Position numbers and translations under genes: made by a program
Notes under the pieces: generated by a model
The model's input: only the letters and a program-made list of their open reading frames with translations
Told to the model about the DNA's origin: nothing
Database searches by the model: none
Part shown: positions 12,075 through 24,164 of the stretch, piece by piece
How positions within the stretch are numbered: position 1 is the first letter of the stretch
How the letters are laid out: every line of letters starts with the position of its first letter
Assembly: GCA_964016885.1 (NCBI GenBank)
Contig: OZ024742.1
Coordinates: 361,336,001 to 361,400,000 of the forward strand
Direction of reading: 5' to 3'
Origin: Eledone cirrhosa
Lineage: Eukaryota
DNA length: 64,000 bases

Positions 12075-12330
12075 TCACATGCTGGTGCCATAATAGAATG
12101 CACCCATACAGCCTTTAAATCATGCTGGTTCCATGATAAAATGCACCATAAATTGGAAGTGTTGGTGCCACAATATATTCTGTAAACTGGTTGGTATTAG
12201 GAATGGCAACCAACTGTGTTAACCATGCCTAATATGGAACACATGAGCAACATGAAATTGCTTCAACCCATCTGGTCTCAAGCCATAACAAATCATTCAA
12301 CCCATGCTAGTGTGGAAAGGGGAAATTAGA
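12075..12330 (+). mobile_element. SINE fragment (same family as 2060-2256)
   Basis: CATGCTGGTGCCA...CTGTAAACTGGTTGGTATTAGGAATGGCAACCAACTGT...CAACCCATGCTAGTGTGGAAA. Confidence 0.55.
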
Positions 12331-13499
12331 TAATGTTTTAGCTGCATTATTAAAATGTATGGTCTTATTCCTAAGAAACAATTATTTTTGTCAGTGATAT
12401 AACAGAAGCCTTAGATTGGATTAAATATGATATAATGGTTAGCATCATCCTGTTTATTTTAAGTTTATGGTCGTGTAGTAGAGTCTATTCAGCCAAATCT
12501 CCTAATCCTCATAAGTGATGTCTAAACAAATATATAGAGTTTTAAATATATTTAAGATCTTTAATAAAGAATCACATTTCATAATCAGCATCTCAATTTG
12601 TATGCCTCTTGCGAACAACTATCTCAAAATTGTTCCAACACTTCTATCTCTCTAAACATATTAATTCATGATTCCCATTTTTCTAAATGTTTTCCAATAT
12701 TTTCTCTTTCCTCTGGTTCAAATCCGCTATAATATCATATAGCAAAATATATTTACACTGAGAAATACAATAGGATTTTATAACTACAATTAATCCTTGC
12801 TAGCAGGTAAGCTAGATGTTAAATGATGATGACAATGATGGTGTTTATTGACAGCAACTATTAGTAGAAGTTCTCACCTACTTTAAATCAAAGTCTCTAA
12901 CTTTCCGAAGTATGTTTTTTTTTCTACCCTTCATGTGTTCTTTTTTATACATACTTTTATGTCTTTTTTATATACACATTTTTTTTACTAATGTGAATAG
13001 TCTGGTTATTTTTGAGCTTTATATAAGTATGATTTATATCCATATGAACCAACAGCAATATTTTCAAAGATTAATAATAGATGGAGAGAACAATGTAAAA
13101 TGTTATTAAAATCACAAATATTCCCTAAACAGACATTACTATTTCCAGCTGAATGAGTGTCTCACTAACTCGCTTACAGCAACTGACTATATTTCTTTTG
13201 TCTGTCTGTTACTATTACAGCTATGGACATTGCTCTTCTGTGTACCATTCCCCACTCCATCTCAACCAATACACTTGCCTCTCCTCTTCATAGCATTCTA
13301 TTCTCTCTTTTAACTACCACAGCTTACACTAAGCACTTTACACAATGATTCTTTCTTTGACTGCATCACACTGAAATTTATCCTTAACTCTTGCTTTACC
13401 AGAATGTCATCGAAATATGCCACCTGTTATTTTCAAATCATTTTGAAAATAATCAAGAATTTGGAAGAATTTGGTAAAATAATTTCTTCAATATATTCA

Positions 13500-13785
13500 T
13501 GGATGTCACTCAAGGTAGATGCTACTTCTCTGAATTTAGAGATCATAGCTCCGATACTATGGGCATGGGATTAGAATATTTTGGGAAAGAATCTTTGGAC
13601 ATTTTTATGGGCAAAACCAATAAGCAGGAGACCTAGGGGTAGACTCCGAACAAGATGGTTGGATAACATCCATGTGTTTGGCTGGTCACACTTGTTGCTT
13701 CTGACAGGACTTGCTGACAAGGAGTGTTTGAGGACTGTCACCACAACCCTCACAGAAATAAGTGGGAGAAGAAGAAGAATGTTTT
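13500..13785 (+). mobile_element. RTE-clade (Expander-like) LINE 3' fragment
   Basis: LRYYGH...AKPISRRPRGRLRTRWLDNIHVFGWSHL, ending in (GAA)n. Sister copy at 23370-23655. Confidence 0.75.
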
Positions 13786-13828
13786 CGTTAGATTAGGGTT
13801 TGGAGGACAATTTTTAAAAGAAAGGTCT

Positions 13829-13899
13829 GCATCAAAGGTTCAGTTTTAGAATGCTCACCTGCTATGCAGGCTGCCTGGGTTCAATTACTGGCCAATCTA
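13829..13899 (+). pseudogene. tRNA-Gly(GCC) pseudogene, heavily CpG-eroded (anticodon now GCT)
   Basis: The 71-nt GCATCAAAGGTTCAGTTTTAGAATGCTCACCTGCTATGCAGGCTGCCTGGGTTCAATTACTGGCCAATCTA aligns without gaps to invertebrate tRNA-Gly-GCC as I recall it (GCATCGGTGGTTCAGTGGTAGAATGCTCGCCTGCCACGCGGGCGGCCCGGGTTCGATTCCCGGCCGATGCA). Stems and the D-loop GG are disrupted. Confidence 0.8.
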
Positions 13900-14097
13900 C
13901 ATAAAGTATTTATTTTAATGGTGGTACCCCAGCATGGTTTCAGCAATACAATAACAGTAATATAAACAGCATTGTATTATAGAATCAGGGGGCATTTCAG
14001 GTGGGTTATCAAAAATGCTAACCAGACTTCATCATAGATATTACAGTCACTAGCAAAACCTCCCTTTTAAGAGTATCTTTAGGACTACATTATAAAG

Positions 14098-14470
14098 AAG
14101 CTTAATGTTTTCCAACAAAGATGCTTAAGGAAAATCCTGAAACTCCCTTATCTAGACTGGCTAACTAATTTGGAGGTGCTGAAGAGAAGTAAACAGAGGC
14201 TACTGACTGACACCATCACTGAAAGGTACCTGAAACTAGCTGGACACCTTCTGCACAAGTTTGAGTACTGGAACCCTTCTGTAGCTGTGAGATGGATCCC
14301 AGTCTTTGGCAAGCAGAAAAGGGATACCCAAGTAAACCTGGTGCTCAACTTTCAAAGACGATCTCCAGAGTATTGGACTGAACTGGGAAACTATGCAAGA
14401 TGCCACTGTTGATCATGTAAATTGGAGAAGAATCATTGCCCAATATGCTCACAAGGCATAGGGTGACCTA
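14098..14470 (+). mobile_element. LINE (RTE/RTE-X-like) C-terminal fragment, a third family
   Basis: LNVFQQRCLRKILKLPYLDWLTNLEVLKRSKQRLLTDTITERYLKLAGHLL...WIPVFGKQKR fits the RCLR.IL...TNEEVL...L...GH...GKRKRGRP signature. Confidence 0.75.
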
Positions 14471-15074
14471 AGTCTAAGACTATGACTACATTAACCAATA
14501 AGACCTCTCCATATTTAAGATATAGTTCTATCTAGGATTTTCTTCTGGGCATTAACATAGAGAGGTTCAGGTTAAACATTAAATTCACCCACACAGTTAT
14601 CTGAAGAAGAACAAAAGTGTGAAAGATGCAACCTCTCTTATTCAGACTAATATACAAAATAAATACCCAACTCCTATAAAAAATATTACAAAACAAAACC
14701 AGGTTTAGATATCAGCTCTACACTTACGTTAAAATAAACTAAAATACTGCTCACCTGAAACAAAGTATTTTTGAAGCATTTTATGGTGTAACCCTAACTT
14801 TTATAATGTACAATATAGATTGATGACATAGACAACAGCTGGAATGGTATCAGTTATATTTATTACCAACTTAATGTCTGAATTAACATGTCCATTATGC
14901 AATTTAAGGGTGTAATCAAACATCAGAGTATTTTTGATTGGTAAATTGTATCTTTCATAACTAATATAAATTGAGTTGCGAAATTATGAGAAAAAATAGA
15001 GAAGCTCAAATACACGCAACTAATACTTTTTTCATATTTTGATCACAATCTTCAGTATTAGGATTATGGATATA

Positions 15075-15418
15075 TCATCATCATTATCGTTTAACATCCA
15101 TTTTCCATGCTAGCATGGGTTAGATGAGTTGCCTCATTGTGAAACAATTTGGGTATGACAACCATATTTTTCTCATACAGAACAGGCTTTGGCTTGGTTT
15201 CTATGACAGGATGCCCTTCCTAATACTAACCACATTTACAGTGGATGCTAGATGCTTTTTGTCATGACACCCACACAACCACTTTACATTGTGGGCTTGA
15301 GGCTTTTTGTCATGTCCCCATCATGACTATTTTATAGAATGGACTGGATACTTGTTGTTGTGACACCTACACAAACATTTTACTGTGTAAGCTAGGTGCT
15401 TTTGTAATGTCACCATTG
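15075..15418 (-). mobile_element. SINE (2060-2256 family) with about 4 internal subrepeats of about 47 bp
   Basis: (ATC)n tail, CATTTTCCATGCTAGCATGGGTT, GGATGCCCTTCCTAATACTAACCAC, then repeated C..TTTACA.TG..G.CT.G.TGCTTTT.TCATG units. Confidence 0.65.
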
Positions 15419-15419
15419 T

Positions 15420-15639
15420 GTATATGTTATATAAATTGTGTGCTGATGACCTGGTTCGTGTAGCTGATGTTCTGGCAGAGCTAGAGAAGAAATCCTTATT
15501 GTGTAAACAAATGTTAGAATTTAAATGTCTTAGTGTATACTTAACAAAGACCAAGTCATTCATAAGGAGATGGCAGAACACTGGTTCCATGAAACCTCTG
15601 ATAGCATGGAAAATGGACGTTAAACGGTGATGATGATGA

Positions 15640-15642
<3 letters not shown>
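15420..15642 (+). mobile_element. Internally deleted RTE fragment (YADD region joined to 3' tail)
   Basis: LCADDLVRVADVLAELEKK...LSVYLTKTKS, followed by AGCATGGAAAATGGACGTTAAAC(GAT)n and a (TA)n tract. Confidence 0.7.
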
Positions 15643-15690
<48 letters not shown>

Positions 15691-15977
15691 TATATATATG
15701 ATGATATTCCCATTACTTTTTCATTGAACATAGTTTATATGAATAATGTGTTTGCATATATGAGAGGAGAAAGTGGGGAGTGGCAAGGAGAAAGTAAAAG
15801 AAACCATATTTCAGTTTTAACACGATTAGTATGACTTTTCTTTATTTCTTTATTAGACGTTTTATGTTCTTTTTAAAATATATTTTCTAGGTCTATTATT
15901 GTCTTAAGACATTCTTGGATGAAATGATTCTATTGGAGTCTAGGGCCAGCTGCTCAAGATAAATCCTGATTGAGTAA

Positions 15978-16152
15978 ATTGGCAGAATCATTAGAATGTC
16001 AGATAGAATGCTTTACGGTATTCATTCCTGCTCTGAGTTCAAATCCCACCGAGGTCAACTCTGCCTTTCATCCGTTCGAGGTCAATAAAATAAAGTACCA
16101 GTATTTCCTAGGATAATTACTGGCCTTGTGCCAAAAGTAGAAACAATTATTA
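15978..16152 (+). mobile_element. tRNA-derived SINE (family A)
   Basis: TTGGCAGAATCATTAGA...GAGTTCAAATCCC...GCCTTTCATCCGTTCGAGGTCAATAAAATAAAGTACCAG...GGCCTTGTGCCAAAAGTAGAAACAATTATTA. Confidence 0.8.
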
Positions 16153-17817
16153 TCAAACGAATTCAAGGCTTGATTATATTATTGTTTAGTATAACTACAG
16201 TAATCACTTTGACCATGTTTGAAGGTAGCATGCTGTCTAGCGGGGGAAATGTGGCTGCTACTTCTAGCAAATCAACCAATTATATTGAAGCTTTCTTATT
16301 TGCACATAACAGTCATAGTAATGTGTACTCTATTAAATTGCTAAATACATGCATTACATCTGATACAACAGTTAGAATTAAAAATAAAGGCACTGAATAC
16401 ATGTGTGAGAGTATCCTCCACTACCAACTAACTTACCCTCTGCCTCTCAGCCAACAGGATGGAGAATGGAAGATGGCAAGGGAGACACACCAAAACAGTC
16501 ACTGCACCTTGAGGAGCTCACACCTGTGGTGGCCATCTTCAGTCCGATAGCAATTAATAGGGATGTGGTCCAGGCGCCATAAACACTGGAAGTCTCCACT
16601 TCTACTTGCTCTACCACACACCTATCCGAGAATGGCCGATATTCTTGCTGTCATTGAATTGTAAGCAAGAATCATGGAAACACTTGTACTTGTTTCTAAA
16701 TTCATTATCACTGAATTTTATATTTCCAAACCTTTGATGACATATTTCAATAATTAGGAAATGGTTTTCATATAGAGTTTGCTACTAGTTTATTACTTAA
16801 ATGTGCCATTTATATGTTGACTGTTGCATTACATTTTACTGTTATTATAACTTCTATAAAACTGATTGAACAGAACATGTGCACAGCAAATTATGATATA
16901 GAAAATCTATATGTGGGAGTTCTACCTATAATAGAAAATATCAAAATATTCTAAGTAACAAATATCCATTAAATAATATCCCTACAGCAACTCATAATGA
17001 AGAGATATCGTTTTTGCAGAATAATACCAAAATATAGACCCACAATTTTCATTAGGTTGAAAGATACAATCTTTATTATGGTAGAGATACATAAGATTTG
17101 AATAATAGCTCTATTGCCTGTTTAAACATTTAATGCAGCTTAGACAATAATTCAGGAAATTCAAAAACCCAACTTTTAGATATAAATGTTGGAATAAGAA
17201 AACTAAATAAATATATCATATCAGTTTATATTATAAAGACCAATATATGCCCATGTATATAAATGGAATATAAGGTAGAAAATCTTTACTCGAGGGACGA
17301 AACTCTAATGCAAATAAGAAAATAAATATACTACTAAATACTGGATATTGGTATAAATTAGTAAATCAAATTATATCATATGAGATAAATCTCATAGAAT
17401 AAACACCACATACACAACTATACAATATATACTAGGAATAAAATACCTCCTGGTCAGAAAATAGTGTACACTATAAAAAAATAAATTAATCATTTTGTGA
17501 CCATATGTTTCATGAAATACATTATTTTAATCATAAAACGAAACATATTGAGGGGTTTCCCCCTCCCTTTCTTCTGTGGCACCAGAGTCCTTGCTTTTCC
17601 CCTCCTTTTTCTTTCATCTATAGCTTTCATTGTCCTTTACTCTAGTTTCCCATACAACCAGATCTGTCCTTCCTTACCCCCTCTAAAAAATGTTATTAAA
17701 TTATGAAGCATCTTAACATAAGGTTCTCATACAAAACTGTGTTGGAAGATTTAGATTTAAATAAAAAAAAGCTTTCAAACAGGTGGTTTTTGTTTCATAA
17801 AACCAGGGCCAGTAGGG

Positions 17818-17935
17818 AATTGGTAGACTCCGTAGAGCATCAGAATGTATTCCAGCTTGAAATTTGAATTTAAAACCTGACAAGTTCAACTTTGCCTTTC
17901 AGCCTCCCAGGATCAATAAATATACTACCAGTCTA
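17818..17935 (+). mobile_element. Degraded SINE (family A)
   Basis: TGGTAGACTCCGTAGAGCATCAG...TTCAACTTTGCCTTTCAGCCTCCCAGGATCAATAAATATACTACCAG. Confidence 0.55.
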
Positions 17936-18044
17936 ATAATAGCAGGTCAGGTTGGTATGAAAAGTGTTGAATAATACAAAACATGTAATATTGGCATCCA
18001 ACCCTCTATCAATACTGCCAATCCACCGCCCTATTGCTATTTTA

Positions 18045-18520
18045 AATAATAATAATGAAAATATTGTGTACAGTGCTCAGGTGCACTACAACTCATCAAA
18101 GGTGCATGTATGGTACATAGAATTAAGTTCAAATGTCATGAAATTGAACCGTGTATGAGTCATGATATACACACAGACATGTGTGTGCGTGTGTATGGAG
18201 GGGGAATATCAGATGTAGTGTTGGCGAATTTCGGGAAGCATGGAAGTTTTGAAGGATGCTGTGTCCTGACAGCTAACAACTGATGCAGGTAGTTTGTTTT
18301 ATGCTTTAGCAACTCTGAGCGTGAATTCATGCTTCCGAAAGTAATGAGACATGTACTGTTTTCTGATTTTGTAAGAATGCCCATGGGTATTAGACATATG
18401 GAATTCAAAATGGTGCTCAGGTTTGTTGTTGGAAATATGGTTAATAATCTTGTGGGTACCAAGTCAATTGCCAGAAGATACAATGGATATGAAATTAAGG
18501 CAGCAAAACTGAATTAGCAA
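18045..18520 (-). mobile_element. CR1-type LINE 3' end
   Basis: Minus strand: KIINHISNN...SNTHGHSYKIRKQ...FRKHEFTLRVAKA*NKLPASVVSCQDTASFKTS matches the CR1 C-terminal TRGH..K...F..RV...WN.LP..VV...SFK motif. (ATT)n-like tail. Confidence 0.75.
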
Positions 18521-18789
18521 GAACATAAATTCAAACTATGCCATAACAATGTCCCCAAAGCTCTGTTCACAATTTTATTTTTACTTTCTCAAAACTGCAA
18601 AAAGAGAGTATATAAAAAATACTTCACCTTATTTAGTAATAGTCAGAAGAATAACATTCTTTTGTAATATATGGACCCATATCTTCTTATATAGTCATAG
18701 AGGTGCCATAACGACATAGAAGATACCTTGATCCTTTTAAACTTGGCAGAGCCCTTCCCCTCCCCATCCTTTCATATAAACGAGGAAAT

Positions 18790-18952
18790 GACTCCAGGTG
18801 CCATTTCTCATGGCACCATAACAACCCATTTACAGTGTGGACAGGTGCAATTTATCATGATACTGTAACAACCCCTTTACAGTGTGGACCAGGTGCCTTT
18901 TATCATGGCACTGTAACAACGCCTTTACAGTGTGGGCTGGGTGCTTTTTTAT
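18790..18952. repeat. About 3 tandem copies of a 47-48-bp SINE-internal subrepeat
   Basis: ACAACCC(A/C)TTTACAGTGTGGAC(C)AGGTGC..TTTATCATG..ACTGTA repeated. Same unit as 15230-15418. Confidence 0.7.
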
Positions 18953-19899
18953 ATAACTAAAACCAGGAAAAATATATTATATGAATTCATTGAAGATCAT
19001 TTCTGTAATTTTTTCTTATATTTAAAAGGATTTATTTACACAAATCTAAAAACTTGACAAAATAACACAAAATCGTTACAATATTTCATTTAAATAAATG
19101 AAAAAAAAGAGATTTGTTATACTCGAAAACAAAATCATATCAGTATGAATTATACTTGTGTGATTTGTTAATTCAATTTATATACTTTTCCTATACCATT
19201 CAATAAAATTGTTTTATTACATTGTAAAAAGACTCTCATTTAATATATTTCAGTTACCTAATCTAATTATTTTGTTGATTTCTATAGATCACAGTTAAAC
19301 TACCATGTCTAATCTACCATATGACTTTCATAATTTAATATCATTCAAAATTTAATAAATATCTATCATCATTAATACAATATCTCAGCTACTGCACTCA
19401 TTTATGTTAACATCCAAATCTACTTCACATAAATATAACATAGATATATATAATTGCTTTTACAGTTGTTCCATTTAATCAATATGTAACTATCGTTATA
19501 ATGTAAAATTTTCAAAATAATCATTTGATATTTTTCAAAACAAAAGCGAATCAAAAGATGTGAAAATAAATACTTCAAAGTAAGAACATAGAACAGACGA
19601 CCAAATAAATTTAATAGTAATTTTAAACTGAAGATAATACAATCTGAAGGAGTTGTCTAAAATGTAATAATAGAATATATGCATAGATTTTCATTAATAC
19701 TGTTTGGTTTCTTACTGGATTATGTAGATTAAAATATCCCCTGTTGTTATTAATTCTAGCTACTCCTATGAAAAACCCTCTGTATACTGCCCCAAAAATA
19801 ACTTTATGGCTAGGTAGTATTTGCTTTCTAGGATGTGACAAGTAGTGGCATTTTCTCTAATAGCAACCTAGTGAATTTGCTAACAGACCCAGGTTTTGC

Positions 19900-20145
19900 C
19901 AGTCAAGCTGAAGATTGCAAGCTGTTTAAGTATTAGTTGTTATCTGACAAGTTTTCTTGTTGAAGCTGAAGTAGTGGAAACTTCTGGTGTTCTTGGTCTA
20001 CGTACCACCTCCTAATTCTCTGCTATCAAAGAGGTGTTGGTCACCTTCAGGAGTGAACCTTAAGAGTTGGAATGACTATTTCAATACATCTCCCTCACTA
20101 TCTTCTGGAATAATGCTTTCTCCATTCTGTCCACTGGGATCCTGA
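19900..20145 (+). repeat. Unclassified dispersed repeat family X, copy 2
   Basis: GGAAACTTCTGGTGTTCTTGGTCTA...TTGGAATGACTATTTCAATACATCTCCCTCACTATCTTCTGG...ATTCTGTCCACT matches 27045-27196. Confidence 0.65.
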
Positions 20146-20269
20146 GATATCTTATGCCTGGGGTTCTTTGTGCTAGCAAATGTTCTCCTACACTGTCTGA
20201 ACTTGTATCATTAGAGTAGGGATGATTGAGTTTACTTAATCAAATAAATCATTAATTTATATATATGCA

Positions 20270-20710
20270 TGTATAGATGCACTATGCTGCATGGTAGTGA
20301 GACAGGGGTAGCAACTACAGAGGATATGCAATGGCTGGAGAGAAATTAAGCAAGTATGCTCCGTTGGATGTGCAATGTCAATGTGTGTGAACGACCAAGC
20401 ATAGATGAGTTAAGAGAGAAACTGGGTTTAAGAGGAATAAGTTGTGGTGTGCAGGATAGAAGACTGAGATGGTATGGACATGTGATGTGCATGGAGGATG
20501 ACTGCTGCATAAAGAAGTGCCAAGAAATCCCAGTAGAAGGAAGATGCAGTAGAGGAAGACCATGAAAAATATGGGCAGAGGTGGTGAGAGCAAACCTCAG
20601 ATCGCAGAAGCTTACGGAGGAGATGACGAAGGACCGTGACAAGTGGAGAGTGGCTGTGCTGAATAGGACCTGTCCCATCCTTGCAAGCAGGGAAAATGAT
20701 GATGAGGATG
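20270..20710 (+). mobile_element. RTE LINE 3' fragment
   Basis: MLHGSETG...LERN*ASMLRWMCNVNVCERPSIDELREKLGLRGISCGVQDRRLRWYGHV...RGRP*KIWAEVV, with a (GAT)n tail. Highly similar to 10262-10528. Confidence 0.9.
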
Positions 20711-21289
20711 TATAATTTACTGTGTATCTTAGAATAAAAGGTGTCATTTCTACCACAAATCTTATTACCACAATGACTACATTCCTTTTCATTATACTAA
20801 TCAGTTCTTATATATAAATATAATGTGTGTAAGTCAAGCATGTTAAAGTTGGCTTCGCTTATTCTAATTCTCTACTATATATAATTCAGTGACAGCCATT
20901 ATTGGCTGTGACATAATCAGGCAGTAAGAGTTGATGTAGAAACACAGGTAAACATGATGAATTAACAGGGTAGAACACATTACAGCACCAACAGCCAACA
21001 CATACTCAAAATGTATATATATATATGTGAGAAGAAAAAATGAAAGTTACTTGTATTTTCAAAATGCAAAACAAGTGAACATTTTCCAAAGTATTAGAAC
21101 ATTAATTAAAATAGTCTCTAATGAAATCAGGTGAATAGCCGGGTTTTTAAAGAATAAACTATCACATCATGTTGACCATAGTTATAGCCACACATCATTA
21201 CCAGCTATCCTACAATTTCAACCTTATTAACCTTAATACCAATCTCTAATCTATCTATTAACAACATATTGTCACTTTTTAATAAACTA

Positions 21290-21455
21290 CGAAGCCCCTA
21301 TGTGGTCACTCATGATACAGCAAATTGACCCCAATTTATATGCTACTGTTCATAAAAAAAAGGATACAATGGCTATTGTGATCCTAGATATACAATATGT
21401 ATAATCATGGCTGACATATTCTGTTTATATGACCCCAAATAGGATCTAAACAACT
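21290..21455 (+). repeat. Interspersed repeat fragment; related pieces at about 23720-23855(+), 16190-16280(-) and 28385-28480(-)
   Basis: Shared loose motifs: CTATGTGGTCACT, GATAATGTAG.CC/ATTGTGATCCTAGATA, (AA)TCATGG, GGGACTGAAA/GGATCTAAAC. Similarity is weak. Confidence 0.4.
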
Positions 21456-22451
21456 ATATAGTCATGATTGAAATGAATAGGAGTGATGAATGTATAAAAA
21501 CTTTCATAAATTTATAGGACTCTCAAACGTGGAAATAGATGTAAAACAGCCAGCTACTATTGTAAATAGCAAAGAGTCAGGTTAAAATAAAACCTCTTAT
21601 GAGTGGGAGAACGGTCAGGGGAGAGGGAGAGAATGAAAGAAACAGCGTGTAAAGCATATGATGAGAAATGAGAGAAGTATATAGAGAGAAGCGAGAAGAA
21701 AAGTGTGTAGGAGGACAATGAAGCAAATATTTGATACGGTGAAATACTAAAAGATAAATGAGTGGAGAAACGTTGAAGAATGTAAAATAAAGGAATAACG
21801 AATTATACAGTTGTAAGTCCCTCATCAGCTTCCTGCTAGCCAATGTGATTTCGTCAGGAAAAAGGGATAATATAGTCATTTATTGATTGATATTTATTGA
21901 TGTAGGTGTAGCAAAATGTATTGTGTGCTGAGTGAGTGTTGTTATTGACATTTGCTACTCTTATAAAACAATAGAAAATGGTTTCTAAGTCCATAATACG
22001 TCAAGAAAACAATAGGGAAACATTTGCAAAAATGTTCATAAATTGATTTACAATTCAACAGGAAGATTTTACAAAGAAATACTTTAGACTATGTATATAA
22101 ATGTGATAGATATCTGATCTTTTGACTAAATGCTCATCTCCATTAACTTCACTAAAATCAGAACATTCATATGATATACAATATATTCATATATTCTACA
22201 TGTAAGAATATATAAATTATATCAGGAAAATAGCAACTAAAAAATCTTTTAAGCTGGAGTTTATTACAAAAGACTTTTTCAAACAAACAACTTATTCAAT
22301 TATACTAGCAGAACATTAAATCTGGAATAGTTTTTCCATAAATGGAAAGGGGTATATGATAAGCAGGTCAAAACTTACAAATTTAGCTTATAAATTCTGC
22401 AAACTATTGACAATATTAACAGAATTGCTTGGTTCTTGTCTATGATTACCA

Positions 22452-22598
22452 TAGTCAATTCAGTTGGTGAGTATACTGGAGTAACAAGAAATGAAGTGAT
22501 TTGCTCAAGAACACCACACGCAACCCAGCCTAGGAATTGAACCCATGACATTATGATCACAAGTCCAACACCCTTACTACTAGGCTACATGCCTCCAC
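22452..22598 (-). mobile_element. tRNA-headed CORE-like SINE
   Basis: Minus strand: GTGGAGGCATGTAGCCTAGTAGTAAGG (A box), GGTTCAATTCC (B box), then GTGTTCTTGAGCAAATCACTTCATTTC, resembling the CORE motif GTGACCTTGGGCAAGTCACTT. Confidence 0.7.
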
Positions 22599-22677
22599 AC
22601 AATATTCAGAGCTGGTTGAGAAAAATATCACAATTTCTTTTTTCATGAAAAGCGTTGGGTGTTTAAAAATACAATAA

Positions 22678-22825
22678 GGATACAGTTTTGGGTTGGTGTG
22701 GCCACTATACACAGATTTATTCATGAAGATCTGAATTTGTGCAAAGTTTGTTCCCAAAGAGCTCAGTGGTGAACAGAAGTAGAGACATATTGGTGACAGC
22801 AGGGAGATGGTTGATCTAATTTATA
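22678..22825 (+). mobile_element. Mariner transposase remnant
   Basis: QFWVGVATIHRFIHEDLN then, frameshifted, ICAKFVPKELSGEQK*RHIGDSREMVDLI: the mariner HTH2 and WVP/FVP linker region. Confidence 0.7.
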
Positions 22826-23369
22826 GCTTGGTCCCTTAGTAACATGGGCAACCAATAATGATAAGTATGTTTGTGTGTACATGTATGATTATAAGCATGG
22901 GCATACACACGTGTGTGAGTTGATAGTTAACAGCAATTGTAATGGATGTATGATAAGTTATCAGATAAAAAAAAATCACATTTCCTTAATATTTCTTCCT
23001 GTTTCATCATGAATTTAGTCCAGTGTTTATTTATAATGTTACATTACATTAAAATGAGTAGGTAATTTTTTTTAGAAAATATCAATCAATTATAATGGTA
23101 CTATATCCCTCCAATACTAGGAATACTTAGTAAAAAATATACTTAGTTACATGTGCCTGCATAAGGTTTGTGTGATCCATAAAGGATCACAATTTTTATA
23201 GACAAATCATAGATAAAACAACAACAGTCAGTGATATTTTGAAATCTCCTGAGAAAATTGTATCAAACATTACTTAAAGAAATCCAGTGTTATTCTCAGG
23301 CAAGAAATAGGGGATGGAGAAGAATGATTATCAAATCTTATTACCCAGCATTGCTTAACTTGTAGAGCA

Positions 23370-23655
23370 GAGAGTCACTCAAGGTAGAGCCACTTCTCTG
23401 AATTGAGAGATCACAGCTTCGATACTATGGGCATCAGGAAAGAATCACTGGACATATTGTATGGGCAAAACCAACAGGTAGGAGACCTAGGATAGACCCC
23501 GAGCAAGAAGGTTGGATAAAATCTATGAGCTTGGCTGGTCTCCCTTGGGGATCAGTTGGTGACAGTTGCTTCTGATAGGACTTGTTTGAAGGTGTGTTTA
23601 AGTACTCAGCCCCCTCGACGATTTCAGGAACAAGTGGATAAAGAAGAGGAAAGCT
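23370..23655 (+). mobile_element. RTE-clade (Expander-like) LINE 3' fragment, copy 2
   Basis: GTCACTCAAGGTAGAGCCACTTCTCTGAATTGAGAGATCACAGCTTCGATACTATGGGCA...AKPTGRRPRIDP. Collinear with 13500-13785. Confidence 0.75.
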
Positions 23656-23935
23656 AATGATTTTCTGTGTAGAACAATAATGACTTAGACTGCAACTGTA
23701 TAACAGTAAATGTCTCTGAAACCACACCCTTCTATCTTAACTATGAAGATTACATTTAAGATAATGTAGCCCCACATAGCATAAAAAGGTGGAATGGTCC
23801 AGTGTTAAATAACTTTCTTCATACCACTATCAATGTTGATCTGGGACTGAAATATATTACAATTGCATTATTTATTAAAACAGAGTAATAAAGCCAAGGG
23901 TTGTATCTATTTTTCTAAATGGCCCTAGTATAACA

Positions 23936-24164
23936 TTAACCCTTTAACATTTACATTACTTTATATATACTATTGTATTTTTGTGGTAAAGGCTTTACCC
24001 CACATAATTATCCCACATAATATTGAATCTATGAGATTTTGATATTATTTATTTTGAGAACAATAACCTAACATCAGTATGAACAGCTGGTAATGGCCAG
24101 TTTGAACAGAAAGAGGTGAGAGATCTCTGACCGGATACAGCTGGTTTAAATGCTAAAGGGTTAA
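23936..24164. mobile_element. piggyBac-type MITE with TTAA target duplication
   Basis: TTAA-CCCTTTAACATTTA ... TAAATGCTAAAGGG-TTAA: a 14-bp TIR with one mismatch. Confidence 0.75.

Noticed and set aside
13829-13899. Functional tRNA-Ser(GCT)
   Set aside because: The body is tRNA-Gly-derived, lacks the long variable arm, and has broken stems and D-loop GG. It is a pseudogene.
16128-16550. 140-aa plus-strand ORF and a minus-strand GAGG|GTAAGT donor at 16437
   Set aside because: The ORF starts inside a SINE tail, crosses another repeat and has no recognisable domain. The long minus-strand frame upstream of the donor stops just before it.
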